From Lama guanicoe (taxonomy: Eukaryota), in the NCBI GenBank assembly GCA_013239625.1, contig MU054738.1:2012798-2076797 (forward strand): a stretch of DNA of 64,000 nt, in the 5' to 3' direction. The first letter of the stretch is position 1, and each line of letters opens with the position of its first letter. The notes below the pieces were generated by a model. It had not been told where the DNA came from. It saw nothing but the letters and a program-made list of their open reading frames with translations, and ran no database searches. A program made the translations under genes and the position numbers. Below are positions 22,351 to 34,279 of the stretch, one piece after another.

Positions 22351-25315
22351 AACAACTTGTGAGGAAACAGAAGTGATGTGAGAAGAGTAAAATGAGGTGA
22401 GGCAGCCAGGACAGAAAGGATGCAGCCAGACGCATGCTGTGGTTTTTCCCTGCAGCGCTGGACAGTCCAGAAATAGCACCACATTTTGCTCCCGTTCAGT
22501 GCTTAATTCTCCTGGATTTGCAATTTGACCCCCTGGTGTCTGAACTTTAATCTGCATGACTGCTGTCACTTCATTTTCTTTTGTGCTTTCCCATTTATAG
22601 TCACAGGCTGTGGTTTTATTTTTGTCAAAAAAAAATTTTGTTCAAGAAAACATCTGATTATAGTGTACACAAAATTGCCCTCCAGAGAGGAAGGGCTCTC
22701 TTTCTGTGACCAGGAGCTCAAGTGCAGACAGGGCCTACAGGGACTGAGTAAAGCTGATTCTCAACCACCGGCTGGAGTTCTGAGTGAAGTCTCCAGATTT
22801 GGGGGAAAGATTGCATGCAGGGTTGGCTTTAGCATACCAGGTGGATGGCAGAGATTTATTCTTTTTATGTAAAGGACATCAATGTTGAATGTTGCATGGA
22901 ATTTTCTTTCAGGAATTTCATCCCCACCATTAATGAGGCTTATAGTTAAATAACCTCACTTATGCTTTCAAATTTCCAGAGTTTCTTTGGTCCTTGGAGA
23001 AATGCCCATTGAAGGCCTTAGGAGCCCTGGGGTTCCATCAACTGTTTCCTTCTCCCGCGTACAAAAATGTGTAAACCCACGTATTGTGGCTTTACTAGCA
23101 TGAGGAAATTAGTTCCAGCATGATAATGACCTGCCATCTTACCTGAGACACAGAAGAATGTAGCCTGAGGCAAATCATTAGAGAAGCATTTGCATTTTTG
23201 AAAGCCATTATTAGGAAAGTTATACAAAGAGAAAAATAGATCTCAGAAGAGACAACAATGAAGGTCAGCTAAGGCCCTTGGATAGTTTCCAAAACCATCT
23301 TAAATGTTATATTTTCAAATGAAATTTAGGCTGGAATTCCAATTATGACAACAGAAGTATCTTTTGAGTCCTGGTACCCCCCACTAAATAACAAATTATA
23401 TTTTAATAAAACTGCACTGAGGGCATTATCAATCTCATTACATCCGACTTTTCATTTTAAGCCTCTGACCACATAAGCCTATAAGAGGTGGTTCATTGTG
23501 GAGGCTCACAGGATAGTTCAGTCCATTCCTTTTGTTCCCCATGGTTGTGACTTCCTTCCCAGGAAAGGTGGGTTGTCACATGGGACACATGCCTTAGCCT
23601 CCCCACCCCTTGCTGTATGGTAAAGAACGTCCAGAAGATAAGGATGAAGAAGAATCAGACTGCAAAACTGGATATTCTTATGATATCAAGGTACCAAAGT
23701 GATCCATCAGTACAGGAGTACTTCCCGGGGGGTGGTAATCAAGGAAGACATTTTGACTGAAAAACAGCAAGCTCCCCCTTCACCCAGTCCTTCATCCGCT
23801 CCCTGCACAATTCAAGTGTTAGAAGAATGAAGAAACTCACTGTTGGGATGTCCAAGTATCAGCCAATTAACCAATGCAATGCCCTGAATTCTATATATAC
23901 CTTCCACACTTCTTTTTATTTCCTTACTATGGTGCTCTCAGCAGTTGGGGAATCTTAACACACCCTCCATCAAACTATAGGTGGTCTCCAGTCTTCAGGC
24001 TCTTCTCTCTTGACCAGCAATCGGTGCGCCAAACGACCAGGGCTGAAGGCGAGCCGTCTAGGCAGATTGCTGACCTGAACCCAGCCCCTGATCAGACCAG
24101 GAAGAAGCCAGTGCTTCTCTAATCACCCAGCCCCCAGTCTGGTCCTTCTCCCAAAGTCTGACACCTGCCTGCTAGATCCTGTGCACTGCCTAGGATATGA
24201 AAAGCGGTCGGAAAGCATACACTTCTTCCCCTTGAGTTTCTCCTAATAAACACTCTTCCAGAAAGCCTGGTGTGTGCCTTCGGGTCACTAGCTTCAGTTT
24301 CCTCAGTTGTTTTAATTAGTTCCAAGGATTTTCGAGTATTTTTAGATAATGACATAAAGTCAAAACACAATGGCTAGTGAGAAGATAATTAATGACAAGT
24401 CAAACTTTGAATCAGCTAGTGAAGGAACCAGCAGAGCGTAAGTTCCTGTCTTCAGCTACAGAAAGCTCTGTTTATCATCCAGTGGGTAAAACGAGCAGTC
24501 TCACTTGTTACTCTACCTGTCAAAGATTTCTCTGACAATTTTCTTTAAAATGAAATGTAGCAATGATTTTAGTTCAGTTTTGTTTACTTTTTTTTTAATT
24601 TAACACTGGCAGACACAAGAATTGTAACTAATACAGTTACCTGCAGTCCCAAGAATTCACGTATCAATTTCCCCAGCTCATCTCAAACCCATGTTTGATT
24701 GGAGTCAGGCAGTGGGATAGTAGATAAGTGAGGCTGTGGTCAAGCCAGACTGGTAACGTAGCATACGTTCTGCGCTTTATCTGGGATCCTGGAAACTACA
24801 CTGTGGATGGAGAGAGAGAGCTAGAAATCCTATGCCCAGACATTAAGCCAAGCTGGAAACAATGAGGCTATCCAGATATCCCCAAAGAGAAAACCAGGAA
24901 GGAGGTTGGGGCATGGACTTCATCAGATAGAACTGATAGTTTTCTGTTGTCTCTATTCCTAACTTGTTTGATTGATCCAAGCACTTCTGTAGCAGCTCTG
25001 TCCCAGGATCATTGCTCCCTGACTGTCTCCACAGTCAGGCCTCTTGTCAGGGTCAAGGATGGGGTGAGCCAAGCAGACCTGGCGTGGAGCTCAGCAACAG
25101 CGACACGTGAGACTCTGGGCAGAGAGGCAGGCGGGTGTCAGGGAGACCCAGAAGGACGCAAAAGGCAGGTCCAGAACACGGACAAAGACCTCAGGGATGT
25201 TGTAGCTGAAAACAGATGTTCAGTCTGGCCTCCTCAGGAGACACTCCTTTCTCTAGGGAGCTTGGGGTTACTAGCAGGAAACCAAGGACCAATTCAGGTA
25301 AGGAGGAAAAGACAG

Positions 25316-25865
25316 TATGGTGGGCTGAATAATGCTCCTCCCAAGGAGGTCCCCCTCAGAATCCCCAGAACCTGCGAACAGGTTACCTTCCATGCAAAAG
25401 AGACTTTGCAGATATCCTTACATCAAGGATTTTAGGACCAGAAGATTAGCCTGGATTTTCCTGGTGGGCCCAGTGTAATCACAAGGGTCTCTGAAGAGGA
25501 AGCCAGGGGGATTTAAGTCAGAAGATATGTGATGCAGGGAGCAGAGGTTGGGGGCTGGGTGGAGGGAGGAACAGAGAGAGAGAGAGATCTGAAGATGCTA
25601 GGCCCCACTGGCTTCGAAGATGGAGGAAGGAGGCCACAAGCTAAGAAATGCAAGTGGATTCTAGAAGCTCGAAAAGGCAAGTAAACAGATTTCCCCTTAA
25701 GGTTTCGAGAAGAAACACAACCCTGCTGACATATAACATCTTGATTTTAGCCCACTGAGACCTGTTTTGGACTTCGGGCCTCCAGAACTATAAGATAATA
25801 AATTGTATGGTTTTAGCCATCAAGTTTGTGGCAATTTGCTACAGCAACAATGGGAAACTAGTAGA
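25316..25865 (+). mobile_element. MaLR LTR, MLT1D-like
   Basis: Start tatggtgggctgaataatg...atccccagaacctgcgaa..gttacctt..gcaaaagagactttgcagat. End ...cctccagaactataagataataaattgt...gtttgtggcaatttgctacagcaacaatgggaaactagtaga. Confidence 0.9.
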
Positions 25866-26149
25866 AATGTGTATATATACCTGTTGTCATAAATCTGGTA
25901 GAATACAGTTTAAGGTGGTGGTTGGTTGCAAGGTAAAGGCCTAGAAATGTTAAAGTGGAACCAATAGCAACACTGAACTGGCGGCAAGCTACTGACTCCC
26001 TTTAGAACCAGGCTGCCATATGTTTTTTCTACCTAGAGGCTCAACTGGCCCCAGAACCCGGTGAGATGCTGAACAAGAAGTTCAGGAATCAGTGGAACCA
26101 CAGCCAAAAATCAACTCAGTTATCTCCATGCCTGATATGTTCCTTTACA

Positions 26150-26290
26150 ATCGTTCATCCATTCACTCAGCATCTCTTCCTTCACTGAACACTTAGTGAG
26201 CCAGGCTGCTCAGTGCTGAGCCAGCGCTAAGAATAAGACGGCTGAGGTTCCTGACCTCAAGGAGCTGCGAGTCATGACCCACAGAGCTGG
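26150..26290 (-). mobile_element. L2 3' end
   Basis: 'ttcatccattcactcagca...ctgaacacttagtgagccagg...gttcctgacctcaaggagct' matches the antisense L2 tail. Confidence 0.65.
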
Positions 26291-26883
26291 TGTGACACCT
26301 TCTCTGGGAGGAACATTTTCCTTTTTGCTTATTGGGAACTGTCTACCCAAGCCAAAACAGCAAAACAGAGAGGCCCTGTAGACACCAAACATGCACGTGA
26401 GCGAGGCAGAGTAAATACAGAGACAAAAGCAGAATTTCATGATCTGAGTACTGAATCCTGTAATCCCCACCTTGGAAAAAAAAAATGAGGAAAGCTATAA
26501 AACGATGTGAGTGAAAAGCAAAATGACATGGATATTCAGATTTTTAAAAAATATTCTCCTTCAGAAGCCCTGCAATCACACAAGAATCCCCTGTTGGAAG
26601 GCAGCAGAGAGAAATAATGCTTCGAGCCTCAGGGGGAAAGTACAGGGCTCTGCCAGGGACTTTACCGAGCAGACTGAACGAGGCCGGCTGCAAAAGCTGA
26701 ACCATCTTGAGCAGAATGGAGATTCTAAAAAACGTCTGGAGAATCATCTAGAAAGAATACTCAACCTCCAACTATAGGTTGGTTATTTAAATCCAACACA
26801 CACACACAAAAAAAAAAAAAAAAGGAAAAAGAAGAAATAAAAATAGGGTTTCTCCAAAAGGTTGTAAAAGAAGAGAAGAGGGC

Positions 26884-27089
26884 AAGGCTAGGCGCTTTTT
26901 CTGTAAAGACTAAATAAATATTTTAGGCCACCAGGTGTCTGTCGCAACTCCACATCTCCACCATCGTGGTAGGAAACCAACCGCAGATAATATGCAAGTG
27001 AACGGGTTTGGCTGTGGACCAACACAGTTCGTACAAAACCAGGCAACAGGCAGTATTTGGCTCACTGGCTGTGGTTTGCCAACGCCTGC
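26884..27089 (+). mobile_element. MER58A (hAT-Charlie) MITE
   Basis: 'tttttctgtaaag...aaatattttaggc...tctgtcgcaact...ggctgtg...tacaaaaccaggc...ggtttgccaacgcctg' is colinear with recalled MER58A. Confidence 0.8.
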
Positions 27090-27164
27090 AACAGGCCCTT
27101 TTTACGATGAATTTAAAACTCAGACATCAGCTCAAATGCGTGACACTTTTGCCACCATCTCTTG

Positions 27165-27325
27165 CTGCCATATTCATGGATGAATTTCTGTGTGATGTTG
27201 AGCAAGTGACTTAACTTCAGTCAGCCTCTGTTTCCTCATCTACACCCTAAGATTGCTGTGAAGGCTGAACGAAGCGATGCATTAAAACAGGGCCACGCCT
27301 GACCCACACTAAACAAACAATAGCA
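27165..27325 (+). mobile_element. MIR SINE
   Basis: Core 'tgtgtgatgttgagcaagtgacttaacttcagtcagcctctgtttcctcatcta'. Confidence 0.8.
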
Positions 27326-28279
27326 GGCAGCTCTTGCTGCTGCCCTGGTCATCGCCCAAAACGAGTTACTGCACTCTGCTATCAACAGCCTTGCTCTGGC
27401 CACGGCCTCTGGTCTCATTATCCATTGTTCTCCCCTGGTACTAGACTCCAAGCCCATATGTACCTATCCTGTTCTTTGTCTTTCTTTGCACTATTCAGAG
27501 TTCCATACTCCTCTTTCTTGTTTCACACTGGTTTGTTTTCTTGCCTTTTCAGCTAACTTTAAAAGCTCCGAAAAGCCAAGGCAGTTGTATAATAGCTTGA
27601 AGGACACAGCAGGCTATATCCAGTGCTCTAAGAGTTTTGCTCTGATTTAAAAATGAGTCTGAGGTGGGAAATAAAGGCCTCACCAGAAATAGTCTGTGAG
27701 GACAGAGAGAAGGTAAACAAGCTATTTCCAGAAGCCGAATAAACCGAGGGCTGTAGAAACAGGCTCAGGGACTCCAGGCCCAGGGCATTTCTGATAGTGA
27801 ATATGACATCACAGGAGTACAGACTCCTTTTATATTTTCTGAAAGCCTTAAGGTTCCTTGCATAGACTCAGACACCATAAGCCACTGCAGACAGCACATA
27901 GGCACAGAGGGGGAGGCAGATGCTGCCTTTTGAAGTTATCAGTCTTTCTGGCACAGAAAAAGAGATGACCAGAATTTCTTCTCATTATAAGTACAAAATT
28001 CTTTTCTGGCCCATGTGTTCCATCTTCTTAAAAGTCGAGACTGCGTGTAGGAGTCCAAGGAATAAACCTCATTTGGGAAGTCAACAGCCACCTACTGTGT
28101 GTGCCCAGGACCTCCTCCTCTTCTGTCTCCCCCACTGGACCTCCCACCCCACCATGAGGGCACATGCAGGAGGGGTCAGAGCTGGCTGACAGCTGGAGGG
28201 AAAAGCACGAGCTTTAACCCTGGGAAAGCCTGACACCTGATGCTGGATTCTTGGCCAAGATAAGGGCAGTGGGGGCTGT

Positions 28280-28450
28280 TCAGGATTTCTCACCACAAAA
28301 GAGAAGCAGTAATCACGTGACGCGACGGAGGTGCGAGCTAAGGCTAAGGTGACAGTCATTTTGCAGTATGTGAGTGTTTCTCAGATCAACACTCTGTGCA
28401 CCTCGAACTTACGCAGTGTTTTATGTCGATCATATTCTGATAGCTGGAAA
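28280..28450 (+). mobile_element. L1MA-type 3' terminus (GC-shifted copy)
   Basis: 'ttctcaccacaaaagagaagcagtaatcacgtgacgcgacggaggtg...cattttgcagtat...atcaacactctgtgcacctcgaacttacgcagtgttttatgtcgatcatatt' aligns with the L1MA 3' tail. Compare the copy at 46100-46358. Confidence 0.75.
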
Positions 28451-28769
28451 CTAACAGCAACAGCAAAAATATAAACCGGGAGGAAGGAAAAGAAGTCCCG
28501 AACTCTCTCAGAGAGCCACACTCCAGCACTGCCAGCTTCCTGGACCACCAGGGCAGGATACATGCAAACCTGAACTCAAGTGGGGCATGAACGGGAAGCA
28601 GAATTCTCACGGGAGAATCTCTGTTCACCGAGAGCCAAAGCAAAAAAGACACCTTTCTTTGGCACTTTCACTGAATCCCACATATTTTAGTATGTGATGT
28701 TTTCACTGGGGGTCAGTCCTGACATGTTCTCATTTCCAACAGGGTATATTTTGACCCACAAATTATTCC

Positions 28770-29340
28770 ATAAATACATGAAGAGGTTCAACTTCACTCA
28801 AAATCAAGAAGGAGAAAATAAAAACAAGATATCATCTGATTTCCTCTAATGGGCAAAACACAGTTTGGGTGGGGACGTGGAGATGGAGAAATTCACACGT
28901 AGCTGATAGAAAGCTAAACTGACACCACTGTTCTAGAGAACACTTTAGAAACACCCCATAAAGAGGAGAGGCGCAAAATCTGAGCGCACGATTCCAACGC
29001 CAGCATGTTTCCTAGGAAGTGTGCTCATTCAGGGACACAGAGATGTTTGCCAGTCTCTGCACTCACAGAAAACAGCACGCAACTGAGCGTGGACCACAAC
29101 TTGCTCCTGCAGTAAATACTACAGTTCACTTAAAATGAGTGAACCAGAGCTGTGCGTGTCAACAAGCACCTCAAAGCAACGGTAAGTGGGGAGGAAACAG
29201 AAAACTGGGGAGAAAGGACACAATTCTCTGCGACACAATTTCCGTAATATTCAAGTTCCCCAAATGTTGTTTAGCATCTTTAAACATTCTGTGTAGAAAA
29301 ATACAGATAGGAACGTTAAAATGATATGAACAGATTCGGT
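28770..29340 (+). mobile_element. L1ME-type 3' fragment (appears to resume after 29609)
   Basis: 'aaatacatgaagaggttcaacttcactcaaaatcaaga..aaaataaaaacaagatatcat' and 'aaactgacaccactgttctagagaacacttt' are L1 3' landmarks. Confidence 0.65.
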
Positions 29341-29344
29341 CTCA

Positions 29345-29608
29345 CTTTCAACTTAGAACCAACCAGAGTGAGCCGACCTCACACCCCTCATCACGCAGAA
29401 CACCCCCTCCTAGTTGTCCTGCCTGCATGTAACTTCCCCAGGCAGCAGCGTCTAGTCAGGGCATGGCTGAAGCTCTCCCTTTTTCCCACTATAAAGCTTG
29501 CCTCGCCCTCTGCCTGCATTTGAGTCTCCGACAAAACACACGTGTTGGGGGCTGACTCCCTAGCAAAGTCTGAATAAACAACCTTTGCAAATTCTCAAAA
29601 AAAAAAAA
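29345..29608 (+). mobile_element. ERVL-type LTR 3' fragment (MER54/MER74-like) ending in poly(A)
   Basis: TATA-like 'cccactataaagctt', then 'gagtctccg...ggctgactccctagcaaagtctgaataaacaacctttgc'. AATAAA at 29573-78, then CA and A12 at 29597-29608. Confidence 0.6.
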
Positions 29609-30639
29609 TCAGAGTATTGATTATTCCACATAGAGATGCAGAAGGGCTTCGGGCAAGTACCACAAATGTTATAAGCTGAATTATACATACCGAAAGAAGC
29701 TGATACGCTGACTGACGGTCAGTGAGACACTAAGACAAGACGTGGACAGCACTGGCCGTTCCTGGGCCCACGCACTGCCCCAGTTCCTTTGTCGGTCTCA
29801 TCCTGGAACCTGGATGACACAACATACTCCAGTTATCACTCTAAAAATCTTCTCTTTTTTATTTTTAAACTAAGTTGAGTTAAATTTCTGTTATTGGCAA
29901 CCAAAAAAATACTTCTAAATAATCCTGAAAGGATGGAAGTTTCAGAAAAGTCTCCTTTCCTGCAACCAACAGGCATCCTGACCGTGCAAACAGGGCTGTT
30001 TCGGGTGTAAGGGAAGCATATTCGGGGGTGGCATATCCTGCAGATTTCTAAGGAGGATAAAGGATGTCAGAGACTTGAAGATTCAAATTCAATTTAGAAG
30101 CAGACAAGATCCAGCGAGACAAAAGGCAAAGGTGAGACATAACAGTTCATGGGGGTCTCCTCCTTCTCTGGGAGAACTGAATGTCTGCCTGGCTAAGGCC
30201 CCCTCTAGTCACTGTGTCACTGGTGTGTCCCTATGTCCCGGTGAAAGATAAGTCCCCTGCAGTTTCCTACGAAACCAAGTCCTGAAGAGTGTCTGGAGTT
30301 CTCCTCCAGCTGATGGAGCAGCCACTAAATTATTCCTATCAATTAGGCCTTTACTCGGGGAAATCGTCCCATTGAGGGCATGCCCCCTTCATCCTCTAAT
30401 GTCCCTTTGGTCAGACTGCCCTCTTAAAACATCCGTCTACACCTGCTGAGTGCCGCTGTGCTGTAACCCCGCCTCCCTGTGCTGCCCTCCAATAACACTG
30501 CAATGACAGATATGTGTGACCTTTGAACTGGGTATTTCTACTCTCAGGATAGGCTATGAAAATAAGATCCCCAAAGGAACTTGTATTATCTCTCTATCTC
30601 CAGTATTTTACAACTTTCCCCTCAGAATGATTCTAAAGA

Positions 30640-31139
30640 TGTGATGGTTAATTGTATGTGTCCAGCTTACGGGGCTAAGGAATGCCCAGCCAGCCGGTAT
30701 AGCATTATTTATGAGTGTGCCTCCATGGGTTAGCACTTGCCTGAGTCGACCGGGTAAAGCACCTCACCCGCCCCAGTCGGGTGGGCATCACTCAATCCAC
30801 TCAGGGCCTGACTGGAACTAACAGGGCAGAAGAAGGAAGAATTTGCTCTCTTGCTTGAAGAGGACATCAGCCCCCTGCCCTGGTTCCGGGGCTTTCAGAC
30901 TCCAACCAGGACTTCCACCCCCATTCTCAGGCTCCAAGTCTCAGACTGAATTTCACTACTGACTTCACTGTTCCTCCAGCGGCCGACCGCAGAATCACGG
31001 GACTGCTCAGCCTCCATGACCATGTGAGCCAATTCCTATCATAAATCTCCCCCATTATACATACATACATGTAATACCTACATTATATATGTATATATAA
31101 TGCTCTGTTGCTTGTTTCTCTGGAAAACTGATCAACACA
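30640..31139 (+). mobile_element. ERVL LTR, MLT2 family
   Basis: Starts tgtgatggttaattgtatgtgtc...gggctaaggaatgcccag. Contains ctcagcctccatgaccatgtgagccaattcctatcataaatctc. Ends tgtttctctggaaaactgatcaacaca. Confidence 0.9.
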
Positions 31140-32561
31140 TCATAAAATCTTTATTTTTAAGAGGAAAGTACTCTTTTAGAATCTAGGGTTTTGGGTTTTT
31201 TTTTCATGATTTCTTTATTTGTAATACATTCCCCTTGTTTTGCTCTGTCTCTAACTGGGTGCAGGCAAATTTGCCACATCATTTGCATGTTTGGTGGTCT
31301 TAAAACACACTCCTCTTTGTTCCATATTTTTATATTGTTTTCAAAATATCTGCTGAGTTGATTGCTTTTCCCCAAAACAATATGGGATTTTTAGAAAGCT
31401 TATCATTCGATTCTCCCCAAGCATATCACCCATATTTCATGTAAATTATTTCAAATGGCTTTTACAACATGCATAAAATAATTCATGCAGAATTTTTTCT
31501 GAATAGGTTTTCAGCAAATTGGAGGACAGGGAAAATGAAAGCACACGTACATCTGACTGCAGTGTTATTAGCACTGTACATCATTTAGGGTAAATTCTTG
31601 GCCAAAAGTCAGGGAAAAGGGTTGTTCTTTTCCTTCCTGGCTCTACATTGATTAATTGGTTAGCTGTGAAAAACAAGGAATGAAAAAAACTCCAAGAGAT
31701 AAGCATGAGTCACAAGGGTTTGTGACAGAGTTTTTTAAAATTTAGGATAATATTAACTAATAATCAGATATTAACCACACTGCTCAGCCTTCTGCTCATG
31801 TGGTTTCATGCCTGACTGCTCCACACATCTGTGCACAACGGGAGACCCTTACCACCTCCAACGTGCCTGTCCCCATCTGCGGAGGGTGGGCAGAAGAGGT
31901 GTGTGTGCAGCCAGCCTCGTGGTCACATCAGGACTGTTCTCCCTTACAAAATGGCCTCTCTCCAGCTTTCACAACCTCAACAACTTAGGGTAATGACATC
32001 CAATTACAAATTTGCCTTTCTATTTAGAATGCTGAAAGACTACACCAGTTCTCCAGTTGAAAATTACTATGAAGTGGTAGGTATAGAAAAATTCTCACCG
32101 TGCAGTAGGAGATAAGAAGAACGACAGCTATTTCATTCTCTTAATTCTCTGCTTTAGTTGAATTAAGACCTCTTGGCACACCCCCAACCTCAGTCCTTCC
32201 TATCAACGGCTGCAGGAGTCTTGAGGTTACATTAAATTTCTGCATTTGACCAAGACAAGTGTCTACCTGGCTTGACAAAATCACAGTCACAACTAATGAT
32301 TAATTATAATATTATTATTATCTGATTAATTAATATGATATTTTGAATAGCCTTACCATTATAACAAAACGTTATCTGGCCTGGGCATTGTAAACCATGG
32401 CTGTAGTGACACCACTGTTTTTACTCCCCTCACCATCTTCAGGATCCTGAATATTCTACCCTGCTAATAGAAACATTAAATTTACACTCACATTTATATT
32501 TTGCTGGAGACACTTAATATGCTTAATAAGTATGTCCACACACCAATCACCCAAAATACGG

Positions 32562-33008
32562 TGTAGTACATATGGTGCCCTGCCTACATCCCCTGAGCCT
32601 TACACAAAGGTCTTTCAACTGCCTGAGAAGTTTCCCTCGAAAAGGAGGGCTCCCTTCTGCTCGCCCGAGTAAGTCAGAAGTGCCAGAAAATTTAAGCTTC
32701 CCTTACCACTCAGAAACAACCCTCAACAATTCTTGATGGAGGTGGGGGTATAAAAACCCCAACTCCCTGCTTCATGGAGGGAGAAAAAACTGAGGCACAT
32801 GCTGTGCACAGAATCCCTGAGTTCTCCCAGAGGATTAAGCTCCAGTTACAAACAATGGTGCTAGCTTGATAATGCACCTTTTTTTGGCTGTCCTCACCTT
32901 TGTGGCTCACTTCCCAGTCCCATACCCCTGTCTTGGGATTATCTTCCAAATAAATGCTTTAATTTAATTTGTCTCAAGGATAGACCCTGGGGAACGCAAA
33001 CTCACACA
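32562..33008 (+). mobile_element. ERVL LTR, LTR16-like
   Basis: tgtagtacatatggtgccctgcc..., internal 'gggtataaaaaccccaactccc' and 'aggattaagctccagtt', end 'ttccaaataaa...tgtctcaagg...ctggggaacgcaaactcacaca'. Confidence 0.8.
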
Positions 33009-34013
33009 AGTGGCCTACTGTCTATACGTGTGGCAATGGTTGTTAGCAACTGTGGGAAGGATGAGGGGACATCCACTGCCATAAATCTTTCATTGAAAAC
33101 ACAACTTCAAAAGTTTCTACCTGCAGTGCTGATTCAAACTACCATAAGTTTTCCACAGAGAATTTATTCTGAAATTCACAATGTCTAGACTTTGTATTGA
33201 TTTAACATAGTGGGAAAAATCAGACAATCAATCACTTGACTTGGTTGATAAATTCGGGCAAAACAGTGTACCTGGAGACCTAAGAAGACACACTATGAGA
33301 ATAAAGATCGAGGTCTAGTACATAGCAAGGACTCTCAGCTTGGAAATCTGGATCTGCTAATTAATTGTGGAGATTTTACCTTCTAGAAGTTCCGAAAGAA
33401 GCAATGTTTTTATCCTTTCTTACACACTAATTTTATAGTTTTACTATATGCAGAAACTTTAACATAGAAATATGATATTCCAACTTTGTATTTCCGTGGT
33501 AAATAAGCTATTTATTTCTGTCTATATTCTTGTGTTTTTTTTAATCCTGGGGGATGGATGGATGGTTATAATGTCAATCAGTGAATAGATTTTACTTATT
33601 TTAGCTTTATATTTGGGATTCTCTTCAACATGAAAACTTAAGTGGCTTGGAATTTTCTTGCATAACTTATTTGACCATTGCTTCTTTGCATCACGTAATT
33701 TATCTTTTCATCATCTTCTCTTCCTATCCTGTATATGTATTTTAGATCTCCTGTTTTTTTATACATAATTATTTTTGTATTTTAGTTCTCTATTCTCCAA
33801 GTCTTTTGCTCTTTCATTCATAATTTCATGTCTTCATCATTTTCTTCTAAATTCTTAGAGAAGTCATTAATCCCATCTTGAAAATCACTGATTTGGTTCT
33901 CTGAAGTCACTTAAAGATCTCTGATCTAGTTCTATACTGGTCTTCCTCAACCCCATAGAGGAAATTCAGGGCAAAAGAAGGGAATCAGTTTTGAGGAAAT
34001 AGGCTGTTCAAAG

Positions 34014-34270
34014 AGGGATTCTTAACCCTAGGGTGTCCATGGGTAGAATTCAGGGGTATCCATGAACTTCGATGGGGAGAAAAAGTATCTCTAGTGAAAT
34101 TTAACAATCTTTCCACAGTTTACAACCAGAGTAGAAGTAGAAATGCCTGTGAGTTTTTCAGCATTAGAAAGCATAGCCATTTTAATGTCAAACAACAGTT
34201 GTTACATATATATCAAAAAATCATTTACACTTTCACCACTTTGAAATTATCAAAGTCATTTATCAACTCT
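34014..34270 (+). mobile_element. hAT-Charlie DNA transposon fragment (MER113-like)
   Basis: 'gggattcttaaccctagggtgtccatgggtagaattcaggggtatccatgaacttcgatgggg' matches a Charlie terminus. Also 'acagttgttacatatatc...tttacactttcaccactttgaaatta'. Confidence 0.7.
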
Positions 34271-34279
34271 CCACATTAA

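Noticed and set aside
24947-25435. 162-aa ORF in a GC-richer stretch
   Set aside because: Non-ATG start, no recognisable domain, and it runs into the MLT1D LTR.
28300-28345. CpG-dense E-box/CRE-like string (cacgtgacgcgacgg) suggesting a promoter or CpG island
   Set aside because: Too short for an island, and it aligns to an L1 3' tail. The local AT->GC shift explains it better.
28598-28625. Short hairpin cagaattctc-acgg-gagaatctctg
   Set aside because: The stem is too short and imperfect for a pre-miRNA or other structured RNA.
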